A DNA stretch of 64,000 bases from Auanema rhodensis (lineage: Eukaryota > Animalia > Nematoda). Positions 11,901-27,382 of the stretch are shown here, in pieces. Position 1 is the first letter of the stretch; each line of letters starts with the position of its first letter. The position numbers and the translations under genes were made by a program. The notes below the pieces were generated by a model that searched no databases, was not told the origin of the DNA, and saw only the letters and a program-made list of their open reading frames with translations. Where the stretch lies: contig OZ059897.1 of NCBI GenBank assembly GCA_964057225.1, forward strand, positions 4,030,001 through 4,094,000, written 5' to 3'.

Positions 11901-14044
11901 AATTTTTGTCACAATGTTTTTGGAAGCAATGTTGAGTGTACATGGGAACTCAGCATACACTAATGCATTATTTTTCAAACGATCATAACTAATTTTTGTA
12001 TAGAGCGTTTCTCAATGTAGTATAGTGCATTCGATGCGGATTTTTAAGCTGCGTCGATCTGTGTTATCAGATTTGAGTTAGCTTGAAAATGCACCGAGAT
12101 ATCAACTGATATATGTTCACACTTATATCCTCGATTTTCACCCTGAAGAATTAATTTTTTCGTTGAATAACATTGTCCATCGTCTTTGCCTTGAAAAAAG
12201 AAATCTAAAAACTCCTACTTTTTGTGAAATTATTTAGAAATTTTTCGGGAAAATTTTTGTCACAATGTTTTTGGAAGCAATGTTGAGTGTACATGGGAAC
12301 TCAGCATACACTAATGCATTATTTTTCAAACGATCATAACTAATTTTTGTATAGAGCGTTTCTCAATGTAGTATAGTGCATTCGATGCGGATTTTTAAGC
12401 TGCGTCGATCTGTGTTATCAGATTTGAGTTAGCTTAAAAATGCACCGAGATATCAACTGATATATGTTCACACTTATATCCTCGATTTTCACCCTGAAGA
12501 AATGATTTTTTCGTTAAAAAACATTGTCCATCGTATTCGTCTTGAAAAAAGGAATCTAAAAACATCTACTTTTTGTGAAATTATTTAGAAATTTTTCGGG
12601 AAAATTTTTGTCAAAATGTTTTTGGAAGCAATGTTGAGTGTACATGGGAACTCAACATACACTAATGCATTATTTTTCAAACGATCATAACTAATTTTTG
12701 TATGGAGCGTTTCTCAATGTAGTATAGTGCATTCGATGCGGATTTTTAAGCTGCGTTGATCTGTGTTATCAGATTTGCGCTAGCTTAAAAATGCACCGAG
12801 TAATCAACTGATATAGGTTCACACTTATATCCTCGATTTTCACCCTGAAGAATAAATTTTTTCGTTGAATAACATTGTCCATCGTCTTTGCCTTGAAAAA
12901 AAAAATCTAAAAACTCCTACTTTTTGTGAAATTATTTAAAAATTTTTCGGGAAAATTTTTGTCACAATGTTTTTGGAAGCAATGTTGAGTGTACATGGGA
13001 ACTCAACATACACTAATGCATTATTTTTCAAACGATCATAACTAATTTTTGTATGGAGCGTTTCTCAATGTAGTATAGTGCATTCGATGCGGATTTTTAA
13101 GCTGCGTCGATCTGTGTTATCAGATTTGAGTTAGCTTGAAAATGCACCGAGATATCAACTGATATATGTTCACACTTATATCCTCGATTTTCACCCTGAA
13201 GAATTAATTTTTTCGTTGAATAACATTGTCCATCGTCTTTGCCTTGAAAAAAGAAATCTAAAAACTCCTACTTTTTGTGAAATTATTTAGAAATTTTTCG
13301 GGAAAATTTTTGTCACAATGTTTTTGGAAGCAATGTTGAGTGTACATGGGAACTCAGCATACACTAATGCATTATTTTTCAAACGATCATAACTAATTTT
13401 TTTATAGAGCGTTTCTCAATGTAGTATAGTGCATTCGATGCGGATTTTTAAGCTGCGTCGATCTGTGTTATCAGATTTGAGTTAGCTTGAAAATGCACCG
13501 AGATATCAACTGATATATGTTCACACTTATATCCTCGATTTTCACCCTGAAGAAATGATTTTTTCGTTGAAAAACATTGTCCATCGTATTCGTCTTGAAA
13601 AAAGGAATCTAAAAACATCTACTTTTTGTGAAATTATTTAGAAATTTTTCGGGAAAATTTTTGTCACAATGTTTTTGGAAGCAATGTTGAGTGTACATGG
13701 GAACTCAGCATACACTAATGCATTATTTTTCAAACGATCATAACTAATTTTTTTATAGAGCGTTTCTCAATGTAGTATAGTGCATTCGATGCGGATTTTT
13801 AAGCTGCGTCGATCTGTGTTATCAGATTTGAGTTAGCTTGAAAATGCACCGAGATATCAACTGATATATGTTCACACTTATATCCTCGATTTTCACCCTG
13901 AAGAATTAATTTTTTCGTTGAATAACATTGTCCATCGTCTTTGCCTTGAAAAAAGAAATCTGAAAACTCCTACTTTTTGTGAAATTATTTAGAAATTTTT
14001 CGGGAAAATTTTTGTCACAATGTTTTTGGAAGCAATGTTGAGTG

Positions 14045-17000
14045 TACATGGGAACTCAGCATACACTAATGCATTATTTTTCAAACGATCATAACTAATT
14101 TTTGTATGGAGCGTTTCTCAATGTAGTATAGTGCATTCGATGCGGAGTTTTAAGCTGCGTTGATCTGTGTTATCAGATTTGCGCTAGCTTAAAAATGCAC
14201 CGAGTAATCAACTGATATAGGTTCACACTTATATCCTCGATTTTCACCCTGAAGAATTAATTTTTTCGTTGAATAACATTGTCCATCGTATTCGTCTTGA
14301 AAAAAGGAATCTAAAAACATCTACTTTTTGTGAAATTATTTAGAAATTTTTCGGGAAAATTTTTGTCACAATGTTTTTGGAAGCAATGTTGAGTGTACAT
14401 GGGAACTCAGCATACACTAATGCATTATTTTTCAAACGATCATAACTAATTTTTGTATAGAGCGTTTCTCAATGTAGTATAGTGCATTCGATGCGGATTT
14501 TTAAGCTGCGTCGATCTGTGTTATCAGATTTGAGTTAGCTTGAAAATGCACCGAGATATCAACTGATATATGTTCACACTTATATCCTCGATTTTCACCC
14601 TGAAGAATTAATTTTTTCGTTGAATAACATTGTCCATCGTCTTTGCCTTGAAAAAAGAAATCTAAAAACTCCTACTTTTTGTGAAATTATTTAGAAATTT
14701 TTCGGGAAATTTTTTGTCACAATGTTTTTGGAAGCAATGTTGAGTGTACATGGGAACTCAGCATACACTAATGCATTATTTTTCAAACGATCATAACTAA
14801 TTTTTGTATAGAGCGTTTCTCAATGTAGTATAGTGCATTCGATGCGGATTTTTAAGCTGCGTCGATCTGTGTTATCAGATTTGAGTTAGCTTGAAAATGC
14901 ACCGAGATATCAACTGATATATGTTCACACTTATATCCTCGATTTTCACCCTGAAGAAATGATTTTTTCGTTGAAAAACATTGTCCATCGTATTCGTCTT
15001 GAAAAAAGGAATCTAAAAACATCTACTTTTTGTGAAATTATTTAGAAATTTTTCGGGAAAATTTTTGTCACAATGTTTTTGGAAGCAATGTTGAGTGTAC
15101 ATGGGAACTCAGCATACACTAATGCATTATTTTTCAAACGATCATAACTAATTTTTGTATGGAGCGTTTCTCAATGTAGTATAGTGCATTCGATGCGGAG
15201 TTTTAAGCTGCGTTGATCTGTGTTATCAGATTTGCGCTAGCTTAAAAATGCACCGAGTAATCAACTGATATAGGTTCACACTTATATCCTCGATTTTCAC
15301 CCTGAAGAATTAATTTTTTCGTTGAATAACATTGTCCATCGTATTCGTCTTGAAAAAAGGAATCTAAAAACATCTACTTTTTGTGAAATTATTTAGAAAT
15401 TTTTCGGGAAAATTTTTGTCACAATGTTTTTGGAAGCAATGTTGAGTGTACATGGGAACTCAGCATACACTAATGCATTATTTTTCAAACGATCATAACT
15501 AATTTTTGTATAGAGCGTTTCTCAATGTAGTATAGTGCATTCGATGCGGATTTTTAAGCTGCGTCGATCTGTGTTATCAGATTTGAGTTAGCTTGAAAAT
15601 GCACCGAGATATCAACTGATATATGTTCACACTTACATCCTCGATTTTCACCCTGAAGAATTAATTTTTTCGTTGAATAACATTGTCCATCGTCTTTGCC
15701 TTGAAAAAAGAAATCTAAAAACTCCTACTTTTTGTGAAATTATTTAGAAATTTTTCGGGAAAATTTTTGTCACAATGTTTTTGGAAGCAATGTTGAGTGT
15801 ACATGGGAACTCAGCATACACTAATGCATTATTTTTCAAACGATCATAACTAATTTTTGTATAGAGCGTTTCTCAATGTAGTATAGTGCATTCGATGCGG
15901 ATTTTTAAGCTGCGTCGATCTGTGTTATCAGATTTGAGTTAGCTTGAAAATGCACCGAGATATCAACTGATATATGTTCACACTTATATCCTCGATTTTC
16001 ACCCTGAAGAAATGATTTTTTCGTTGAAAAACATTGTCCATCGTATTCGTCTTGAAAAAAGGAATCTAAAAACATCTACTTTTTGTGAAATTATTTAGAA
16101 ATTTTTCGGGAAAATTTTTGTCACAATGTTTTTGGAAGCAATGTTGAGTGTACATGGGAACTCAGCATACACTAATGCATTATTTTTCAAACGATCATAA
16201 CTAATTTTTGTATAGAGCGTTTCTCAATGTAGTATAGTGCATTCGATGCGGATTTTTAAGCTGCGTCGATCTGTGTTATCAGATTTGAGTTAGCTTAAAA
16301 ATGCACCGAGATATCAACTGACATATGTTCACACTTATACCCTCGATTTTCACCCTGAAGAAATGATTTTTTCGTTGAAAAACATTGTCCATCGTATTCG
16401 TCTTGAAAAAAGGAATCTAAAAACATCTACTTTTTGTGAAATTATTTAGAAATTTTTCGGGAAAATTTTTGTCACAATGTTTTTGGAAGCAATGTTGAGT
16501 GTACATGGGAACTCAGCATACACTAATGCATTATTTTTCAAACGATCATAACTAATTTTTGTATAGAGCGTTTCTCAATGTAGTATAGTGCATTCGATGC
16601 GGATTTTTAAGCTGCGTCGATCTGTGTTATCAGATTTGAGTTAGCTTAAAAATGCACCGAGATATCAACTGATATATGTTCACACTTATATCCTCGATTT
16701 TCACCCTGAAGAAATGATTTTTTCGTTAAAAAACATTGTCCATCGTATTCGTCTTGAAAAAAGGAATCTAAAAACATCTACTTTTTGTGAAATTATTTAG
16801 AAATTTTTCGGGAAAATTTTTGTCAAAATGTTTTTGGAAGCAATGTTGAGTGTACATGGGAACTCAACATACACTAATGCATTATTTTTCAAACGATCAT
16901 AACTAATTTTTGTATGGAGCGTTTCTCAATGTAGTATAGTGCATTCGATGCGGATTTTTAAGCTGCGTTGATCTGTGTTATCAGATTTGAGTTAGCTTGA

Positions 17001-18256
17001 AAATGCACCGAGATATCAACTGATATAGGTTCACACTTATATCCTCGATTTTCACCCTGAAGAATAAATTTTTTCGTTGAAAAACATTGTCCATCGTATT
17101 CGTCTTGAAAAAAGGAATCTAAAAACATCTACTTTTTGTGAAATTATTTAGAAATTTTTCGGGAAAATTTTTGTCACAATGTTTTTGGAAGCAATGTTGA
17201 GTGTACATGGGAACTCAGCATACACTAATGCATTATTTTTCAAACGATCATAACTAATTTTTTTATAGAGCGTTTCTCAATGTAGTATAGTGCATTCGAT
17301 GCGGATTTTTAAGCTGCGTCGATCTGTGTTATCAGATTTGAGTTAGCTTGAAAATGCACCGAGATATCAACTGATATATGTTCACACTTATATCCTCGAT
17401 TTTCACCCTGAAGAATTAATTTTTTCGTTGAATAACATTGTCCATCGTCTTTGCCTTGAAAAAAGAAATCTAAAAACTCCTACTTTTTGTGAAATTATTT
17501 AGAAATTTTTCGGGAAAATTTTTGTCACAATGTTTTTGGAAGCAATGTTGAGTGTACATGGGAACTCAGCATACACTAATGCATTATTTTTCAAACGATC
17601 ATAACTAATTTTTGTATAGAGCGTTTCTCAATGTAGTATAGTGCATTCGATGCGGATTTTTAAGCTGCGTCGATCTGTGTTATCAGATTTGAGTTAGCTT
17701 GAAAATGCACCGAGATATCAACTGATATATGTTCACACTTATATCCTCGATTTTCACCCTGAAGAAATGATTTTTTCGTTGAAAAACATTGTCCATCGTA
17801 TTCGTCTTGAAAAAAGGAATCTAAAAACATCTACTTTTTGTGAAATTATTTAGAAATTTTTCGGGAAAATTTTTGTCACAATGTTTTTGGAAGCAATGTT
17901 GAGTGTACATGGGAACTCAGCATACACTAATGCATTATTTTTCAAACGATCATAACTAATTTTTGTATGGAGCGTTTCTCAATGTAGTATAGTGCATTCG
18001 ATGCGGAGTTTTAAGCTGCGTTGATCTGTGTTATCAGATTTGCGCTAGCTTAAAAATGCACCGAGTAATCAACTGATATAGGTTCACACTTATATCCTCG
18101 ATTTTCACCCTGAAGAATTAATTTTTTCGTTGAATAACATTGTCCATCGTATTCGTCTTGAAAAAAGGAATCTAAAAACATCTACTTTTTGTGAAATTAT
18201 TTAGAAATTTTTCGGGAAAATTTTTGTCACAATATTTTTGGAAGCAATGTTGAGTG
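14045..18256. repeat. 12-monomer block, copy 1 of a dispersed duplication (copy 2 at 25277-29488)
   Basis: Same ordered series of monomer types, including rare GGGAAATTTTTT (14710/25942), the GACATA+TATACCC monomer and the mosaic AATAAA-GAAAAAC monomer. Offset is 11232 bp = 32 monomers. Confidence 0.8.
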
Positions 18257-21200
18257 TACATGGGAACTCAGCATACACTAATGCATTATTTTTCAAACGA
18301 TCATAACTAATTTTTGTATGGAGCGTTTCTCAATGTAGTATAGTGCATTCGATGCGGAGTTTTAAGCTGCGTTGATCTGTGTTATCAGATTTGCGCTAGC
18401 TTAAAAATGCACCGAGTAATCAACTGATATAGGTTCACACTTATATCCTCGATTTTCACCCTGAAGAATTAATTTTTTCGTTGAATAACATTGTCCATCG
18501 TATTCGTCTTGAAAAAAGGAATCTAAAAACATCTACTTTTTGTGAAATTATTTAGAAATTTTTCGGGAAAATTTTTGTCACAATGTTTTTGGAAGCAATG
18601 TTGAGTGTACATGGGAACTCAGCATACACTAATGCATTATTTTTCAAACGATCATAACTAATTTTTGTATAGAGCGTTTCTCAATGTAGTATAGTGCATT
18701 CGATGCGGATTTTTAAGCTGCGTCGATCTGTGTTATCAGATTTGAGTTAGCTTGAAAATGCACCGAGATATCAACTGATATATGTTCACACTTATATCCT
18801 CGATTTTCACCCTGAAGAATTAATTTTTTCGTTGAATAACATTGTCCATCGTCTTTGCCTTGAAAAAAGAAATCTAAAAACTCCTACTTTTTGTGAAATT
18901 ATTTAGAAATTTTTCGGGAAAATTTTTGTCACAATGTTTTTGGAAGCAATGTTGAGTGTACATGGGAACTCAGCATACACTAATGCATTATTTTTCAAAC
19001 GATCATAACTAATTTTTGTATAGAGCGTTTCTCAATGTAGTATAGTGCATTCGATGCGGATTTTTAAGCTGCGTTGATCTGTGTTATCAGATTTGCGCTA
19101 GCTTAAAAATGCACCGAGTAATCAACTGATATAGGTTCACACTTATATCCTCGATTTTCACCCTGAAGAATTAATTTTTTCGTTGAATAACATTGTCCAT
19201 CGTATTCGTCTTGAAAAAAGGAATCTAAAAACATCTACTTTTTGTGAAATTATTTAGAAATTTTTCGGGAAAATTTTTGTCACAATGTTTTTGGAAGCAA
19301 TGTTGAGTGTACATGGGAACTCAGCATACACTAATGCATTATTTTTCAAACGATCATAACTAATTTTTGTATAGAGCGTTTCTCAATGTAGTATAGTGCA
19401 TTCGATGCGGATTTTTAAGCTGCGTCGATCTGTGTTATCAGATTTGAGTTAGCTTAAAAATGCACCGAGATATCAACTGATATATGTTCACACTTCTATC
19501 CTCGATTTTCACCCTGAAGAAATGATTTTTTCGTTAAAAAACATTGTCCATCGTATTCGTCTTGAAAAAAGGAATCTAAAAACATCTACTTTTTGTGAAA
19601 TTATTTAGAAATTTTTCGGGAAAATTTTTGTCAAAATGTTTTTGGAAGCAATGTTGAGTGTACATGGGAACTCAACATACACTAATGCATTATTTTTCAA
19701 ACGATCATAACTAATTTTTGTATGGAGCGTTTCTCAATGTAGTATAGTGCATTCGATGCGGATTTTTAAGCTGCGTTGATCTGTGTTATCAGATTTGCGC
19801 TAGCTTAAAAATGCACCGAGTAATCAACTGATATAGGTTCACACTTATATCCTCGATTTTCACCCTGAAGAATTAATTTTTTCGTTGAATAACATTGTCC
19901 ATCGTATTCGTCTTGAAAAAAGGAATCTAAAAACATCTACTTTTTGTGAAATTATTTAGAAATTTTTCGGGAAAATTTTTGTCACAATGTTTTTGGAAGC
20001 AATGTTGAGTGTACATGGGAACTCAGCATACACTAATGCATTATTTTTCAAACGATCATAACTAATTTTTGTATAGAGCGTTTCTCAATGTAGTATAGTG
20101 CATTCGATGCGGATTTTTAAGCTGCGTCGATCTGTGTTATCAGATTTGAGTTAGCTTGAAAATGCACCGAGATATCAACTGATATATGTTCACACTTATA
20201 TCCTCGATTTTCACCCTGAAGAAATGATTTTTTCGTTGAAAAACATTGTCCATCGTATTCGTCTTGAAAAAAGGAATCTAAAAACATCTACTTTTTGTGA
20301 AATTATTTAGAAATTTTTCGGGAAAATTTTTGTCACAATGTTTTTGGAAGCAATGTTGAGTGTACATGGGAACTCAGCATACACTAATGCATTATTTTTC
20401 AAACGATCATAACTAATTTTTGTATAGAGCGTTTCTCAATGTAGTATAGTGCATTCGATGCGGATTTTTAAGCTGCGTCGATCTGTGTTATCAGATTTGA
20501 GTTAGCTTAAAAATGCACCGAGATATCAACTGACATATGTTCACACTTATACCCTCGATTTTCACCCTGAAGAAATGATTTTTTCGTTGAAAAACATTGT
20601 CCATCGTATTCGTCTTGAAAAAAGGAATCTAAAAACATCTACTTTTTGTGAAATTATTTAGAAATTTTTCGGGAAAATTTTTGTCACAATGTTTTTGGAA
20701 GCAATGTTGAGTGTACATGGGAACTCAGCATACACTAATGCATTATTTTTCAAACGATCATAACTAATTTTTGTATAGAGCGTTTCTCAATGTAGTATAG
20801 TGCATTCGATGCGGATTTTTAAGCTGCGTCGATCTGTGTTATCAGATTTGAGTTAGCTTAAAAATGCACCGAGATATCAACTGATATATGTTCACACTTA
20901 TATCCTCGATTTTCACCCTGAAGAAATGATTTTTTCGTTAAAAAACATTGTCCATCGTATTCGTCTTGAAAAAAGGAATCTAAAAACATCTACTTTTTGT
21001 GAAATTATTTAGAAATTTTTCGGGAAAATTTTTGTCAAAATGTTTTTGGAAGCAATGTTGAGTGTACATGGGAACTCAACATACACTAATGCATTATTTT
21101 TCAAACGATCATAACTAATTTTTGTATGGAGCGTTTCTCAATGTAGTATAGTGCATTCGATGCGGATTTTTAAGCTGCGTTGATCTGTGTTATCAGATTT

Positions 21201-21766
21201 GCGCTAGCTTAAAAATGCACCGAGTAATCAACTGATATAGGTTCACACTTATATCCTCGATTTTCACCCTGAAGAATAAATTTTTTCGTTGAATAACATT
21301 GTCCATCGTCTTTGCCTTGAAAAAAAAAATCTAAAAACTCCTACTTTTTGTGAAATTATTTAGAAATTTTTCGGGAAAATTTTTGTCACAATGTTTTTGG
21401 AAGCAATGTTGAGTGTACATGGGAACTCAGCATACACTAATGCATTATTTTTCAAACGATCATAACTAATTTTTGTATAGAGCGTTTCTCAATGTAGTAT
21501 AGTGCATTCGATGCGGATTTTTAAGCTGCGTCGATCTGTGTTATCAGATTTGAGTTAGCTTGAAAATGCACCGAGATATCAACTGATATATGTTAACACT
21601 TATATCCTCGATTTTCACCCTGAAGAAATGATTTTTTCGTTGAAAAACATTGTCCATCGTATTCGTCTTGAAAAAAGGAATCTAAAAACATCTACTTTTT
21701 GTGAAATTATTTAGAAATTTTTCGGGAAAATTTTTGTCACAATGTTTTTGGAAGCAATGTTGAGTG

Positions 21767-24700
21767 TACATGGGAACTCAGCATACACTAATGCATTATT
21801 TTTCAAACGATCATAACTAATTTTTTTATAGAGCGTTTCTCAATGTAGTATAGTGCATTCGATGCGGATTTTTAAGCTGCGTCGATCTGTGTTATCAGAT
21901 TTGAGTTAGCTTGAAAATGCACCGAGATATCAACTGATATATGTTCACACTTATATCCTCGATTTTCACCCTGAAGAATTAATTTTTTCGTTGAATAACA
22001 TTGTCCATCGTCTTTGCCTTGAAAAAAGAAATCTAAAAACTCCTACTTTTTGTGAAATTATTTAGAAATTTTTCGGGAAAATTTTTGTCACAATGTTTTT
22101 GGAAGCAATGTTGAGTGTACATGGGAACTCAGCATACACTAATGCATTATTTTTCAAACGATCATAACTAATTTTTGTATAGAGCGTTTCTCAATGTAGT
22201 ATAGTGCATTCGATGCGGATTTTTAAGCTGCGTCGATCTGTGTTATCAGATTTGAGTTAGCTTGAAAATGCACCGAGATATCAACTGATATATGTTCACA
22301 CTTATATCCTCGATTTTCACCCTGAAGAAATGATTTTTTCGTTGAAAAACATTGTCCATCGTATTCGTCTTGAAAAAAGGAATCTAAAAACATCTACTTT
22401 TTGTGAAATTATTTAGAAATTTTTCGGGAAAATTTTTGTCACAATGTTTTTGGAAGCAATGTTGAGTGTACATGGGAACTCAGCATACACTAATGCATTA
22501 TTTTTCAAACGATCATAACTAATTTTTGTATGGAGCGTTTCTCAATGTAGTATAGTGCATTCGATGCGGAGTTTTAAGCTGCGTTGATCTGTGTTATCAG
22601 ATTTGCGCTAGCTTAAAAATGCACCGAGTAATCAACTGATATAGGTTCACACTTATATCCTCGATTTTCACCCTGAAGAATTAATTTTTTCGTTGAATAA
22701 CATTGTCCATCGTATTCGTCTTGAAAAAAGGAATCTAAAAACATCTACTTTTTGTGAAATTATTTAGAAATTTTTCGGGAAAATTTTTGTCACAATGTTT
22801 TTGGAAGCAATGTTGAGTGTACATGGGAACTCAGCATACACTAATGCATTATTTTTCAAACGATCATAACTAATTTTTGTATAGAGCGTTTCTCAATGTA
22901 GTATAGTGCATTCGATGCGGATTTTTAAGCTGCGTCGATCTGTGTTATCAGATTTGAGTTAGCTTGAAAATGCACCGAGATATCAACTGATATATGTTCA
23001 CACTTATATCCTCGATTTTCACCCTGAAGAATTAATTTTTTCGTTGAATAACATTGTCCATCGTCTTTGCCTTGAAAAAAGAAATCTAAAAACTCCTACT
23101 TTTTGTGAAATTATTTAGAAATTTTTCGGGAAAATTTTTGTCACAATGTTTTTGGAAGCAATGTTGAGTGTACATGGGAACTCAGCATACACTAATGCAT
23201 TATTTTTCAAACGATCATAACTAATTTTTGTATAGAGCGTTTCTCAATGTAGTATAGTGCATTCGATGCGGATTTTTAAGCTGCGTCGATCTGTGTTATC
23301 AGATTTGAGTTAGCTTGAAAATGCACCGAGATATCAACTGATATATGTTCACACTTATATCCTCGATTTTCACCCTGAAGAAATGATTTTTTCGTTGAAA
23401 AACATTGTCCATCGTATTCGTCTTGAAAAAAGGAATCTAAAAACATCTACTTTTTGTGAAATTATTTAGAAATTTTTCGGGAAAATTTTTGTCACAATGT
23501 TTTTGGAAGCAATGTTGAGTGTACATGGGAACTCAGCATACACTAATGCATTATTTTTCAAACGATCATAACTAATTTTTGTATGGAGCGTTTCTCAATG
23601 TAGTATAGTGCATTCGATGCGGAGTTTTAAGCTGCGTTGATCTGTGTTATCAGATTTGCGCTAGCTTAAAAATGCACCGAGTAATCAACTGATATAGGTT
23701 CACACTTATATCCTCGATTTTCACCCTGAAGAATTAATTTTTTCGTTGAATAACATTGTCCATCGTATTCGTCTTGAAAAAAGGAATCTAAAAACATCTA
23801 CTTTTTGTGAAATTATTTAGAAATTTTTCGGGAAAATTTTTGTCACAATGTTTTTGGAAGCAATGTTGAGTGTACATGGGAACTCAGCATACACTAATGC
23901 ATTATTTTTCAAACGATCATAACTAATTTTTGTATAGAGCGTTTCTCAATGTAGTATAGTGCATTCGATGCGGATTTTTAAGCTGCGTCGATCTGTGTTA
24001 TCAGATTTGAGTTAGCTTGAAAATGCACCGAGATATCAACTGATATATGTTCACACTTATATCCTCGATTTTCACCCTGAAGAATTAATTTTTTCGTTGA
24101 ATAACATTGTCCATCGTCTTTGCCTTGAAAAAAGAAATCTAAAAACTCCTACTTTTTGTGAAATTATTTAGAAATTTTTCGGGAAATTTTTTGTCACAAT
24201 GTTTTTGGAAGCAATGTTGAGTGTACATGGGAACTCAGCATACACTAATGCATTATTTTTCAAACGATCATAACTAATTTTTGTATAGAGCGTTTCTCAA
24301 TGTAGTATAGTGCATTCGATGCGGATTTTTAAGCTGCGTCGATCTGTGTTATCAGATTTGAGTTAGCTTGAAAATGCACCGAGATATCAACTGATATATG
24401 TTCACACTTATATCCTCAATTTTCACCCTGAAGAAATGATTTTTTCGTTGAAAAACATTGTCCATCGTATTCGTCTTGAAAAAAGGAATCTAAAAACATC
24501 TACTTTTTGTGAAATTATTTAGAAATTTTTCGGGAAAATTTTTGTCACAATGTTTTTGGAAGCAATGTTGAGTGTACATGGGAACTCAGCATACACTAAT
24601 GCATTATTTTTCAAACGATCATAACTAATTTTTGTATGGAGCGTTTCTCAATGTAGTATAGTGCATTCGATGCGGAGTTTTAAGCTGCGTTGATCTGTGT

Positions 24701-27382
24701 TATCAGATTTGCGCTAGCTTAAAAATGCACCGAGTAATCAACTGATATAGGTTCACACTTATATCCTCGATTTTCACCCTGAAGAATTAATTTTTTCGTT
24801 GAATAACATTGTCCATCGTATTCGTCTTGAAAAAAGGAATCTAAAAACATCTACTTTTTGTGAAATTATTTAGAAATTTTTCGGGAAAATTTTTGTCACA
24901 ATGTTTTTGGAAGCAATGTTGAGTGTACATGGGAACTCAGCATACACTAATGCATTATTTTTCAAACGATCATAACTAATTTTTGTATAGAGCGTTTCTC
25001 AATGTAGTATAGTGCATTCGATGCGGATTTTTAAGCTGCGTCGATCTGTGTTATCAGATTTGAGTTAGCTTGAAAATGCACCGAGATATCAACTGATATA
25101 TGTTCACACTTATATCCTCGATTTTCACCCTGAAGAAATGATTTTTTCGTTGAAAAACATTGTCCATCGTATTCGTCTTGAAAAAAGGAATCTAAAAACA
25201 TCTACTTTTTGTGAAATTATTTAGAAATTTTTCGGGAAAATTTTTGTCACAATGTTTTTGGAAGCAATGTTGAGTGTACATGGGAACTCAGCATACACTA
25301 ATGCATTATTTTTCAAACGATCATAACTAATTTTTGTATGGAGCGTTTCTCAATGTAGTATAGTGCATTCGATGCGGAGTTTTAAGCTGCGTTGATCTGT
25401 GTTATCAGATTTGCGCTAGCTTAAAAATGCACCGAGTAATCAACTGATATAGGTTCACACTTATATCCTCGATTTTCACCCTGAAGAATTAATTTTTTCG
25501 TTGAATAACATTGTCCATCGTATTCGTCTTGAAAAAAGGAATCTAAAAACATCTACTTTTTGTGAAATTATTTAGAAATTTTTCGGGAAAATTTTTGTCA
25601 CAATGTTTTTGGAAGCAATGTTGAGTGTACATGGGAACTCAGCATACACTAATGCATTATTTTTCAAACGATCATAACTAATTTTTGTATAGAGCGTTTC
25701 TCAATGTAGTATAGTGCATTCGATGCGGATTTTTAAGCTGCGTCGATCTGTGTTATCAGATTTGAGTTAGCTTGAAAATGCACCGAGATATCAACTGATA
25801 TATGTTCACACTTATATCCTCGATTTTCACCCTGAAGAATTAATTTTTTCGTTGAATAACATTGTCCATCGTCTTTGCCTTGAAAAAAGAAATCTAAAAA
25901 CTCCTACTTTTTGTGAAATTATTTAGAAATTTTTCGGGAAATTTTTTGTCACAATGTTTTTGGAAGCAATGTTGAGTGTACATGGGAACTCAGCATACAC
26001 TAATGCATTATTTTTCAAACGATCATAACTAATTTTTGTATAGAGCGTTTCTCAATGTAGTATAGTGCATTCGATGCGGATTTTTAAGCTGCGTCGATCT
26101 GTGTTATCAGATTTGAGTTAGCTTGAAAATGCACCGAGATATCAACTGATATATGTTCACACTTATATCCTCGATTTTCACCCTGAAGAAATGATTTTTT
26201 CGTTGAAAAACATTGTCCATCGTATTCGTCTTGAAAAAAGGAATCTAAAAACATCTACTTTTTGTGAAATTATTTAGAAATTTTTCGGGAAAATTTTTGT
26301 CACAATGTTTTTGGAAGCAATGTTGAGTGTACATGGGAACTCAGCATACACTAATGCATTATTTTTCAGACGATCATAACTAATTTTTGTATGGAGCGTT
26401 TCTCAATGTAGTATAGTGCATTCGATGCGGAGTTTTAAGCTGCGTTGATCTGTGTTATCAGATTTGCGCTAGCTTAAAAATGCACCGAGTAATCAACTGA
26501 TATAGGTTCACACTTATATCCTCGATTTTCACCCTGAAGAATTAATTTTTTCGTTGAATAACATTGTCCATCGTATTCGTCTTGAAAAAAGGAATCTAAA
26601 AACATCTACTTTTTGTGAAATTATTTAGAAATTTTTCGGGAAAATTTTTGTCACAATGTTTTTGGAAGCAATGTTGAGTGTACATGGGAACTCAGCATAC
26701 ACTAATGCATTATTTTTCAAACGATCATAACTAATTTTTGTATAGAGCGTTTCTCAATGTAGTATAGTGCATTCGATGCGGATTTTTAAGCTGCGTCGAT
26801 CTGTGTTATCAGATTTGAGTTAGCTTGAAAATGCACCGAGATATCAACTGATATATGTTCACACTTATATCCTCGATTTTCACCCTGAAGAATTAATTTT
26901 TTCGTTGAATAACATTGTCCATCGTCTTTGCCTTGAAAAAAGAAATCTAAAAACTCCTACTTTTTGTGAAATTATTTAGAAATTTTTCGGGAAAATTTTT
27001 GTCACAATGTTTTTGGAAGCAATGTTGAGTGTACATGGGAACTCAGCATACACTAATGCATTATTTTTCAAACGATCATAACTAATTTTTGTATAGAGCG
27101 TTTCTCAATGTAGTATAGTGCATTCGATGCGGATTTTTAAGCTGCGTCGATCTGTGTTATCAGATTTGAGTTAGCTTGAAAATGCACCGAGATATCAACT
27201 GATATATGTTCACACTTATATCCTCGATTTTCACCCTGAAGAAATGATTTTTTCGTTGAAAAACATTGTCCATCGTATTCGTCTTGAAAAAAGGAATCTA
27301 AAAACATCTACTTTTTGGGAAATTATTTAGAAATTTTTCGGGAAAATTTTTGTCACAATGTTTTTGGAAGCAATGTTGAGTG
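21767..27382. repeat. Run of the central 3-mer higher-order repeat (1053 bp), about five copies with one 2-mer variant
   Basis: Cyclic order of three monomer types: CTTTGCC/CTCCT type, then AAATGA/GAAAAAC type, then TGGAG/GGAGT/GCGCT/GTAATC type. The first type is skipped once, at 24926. Confidence 0.85.
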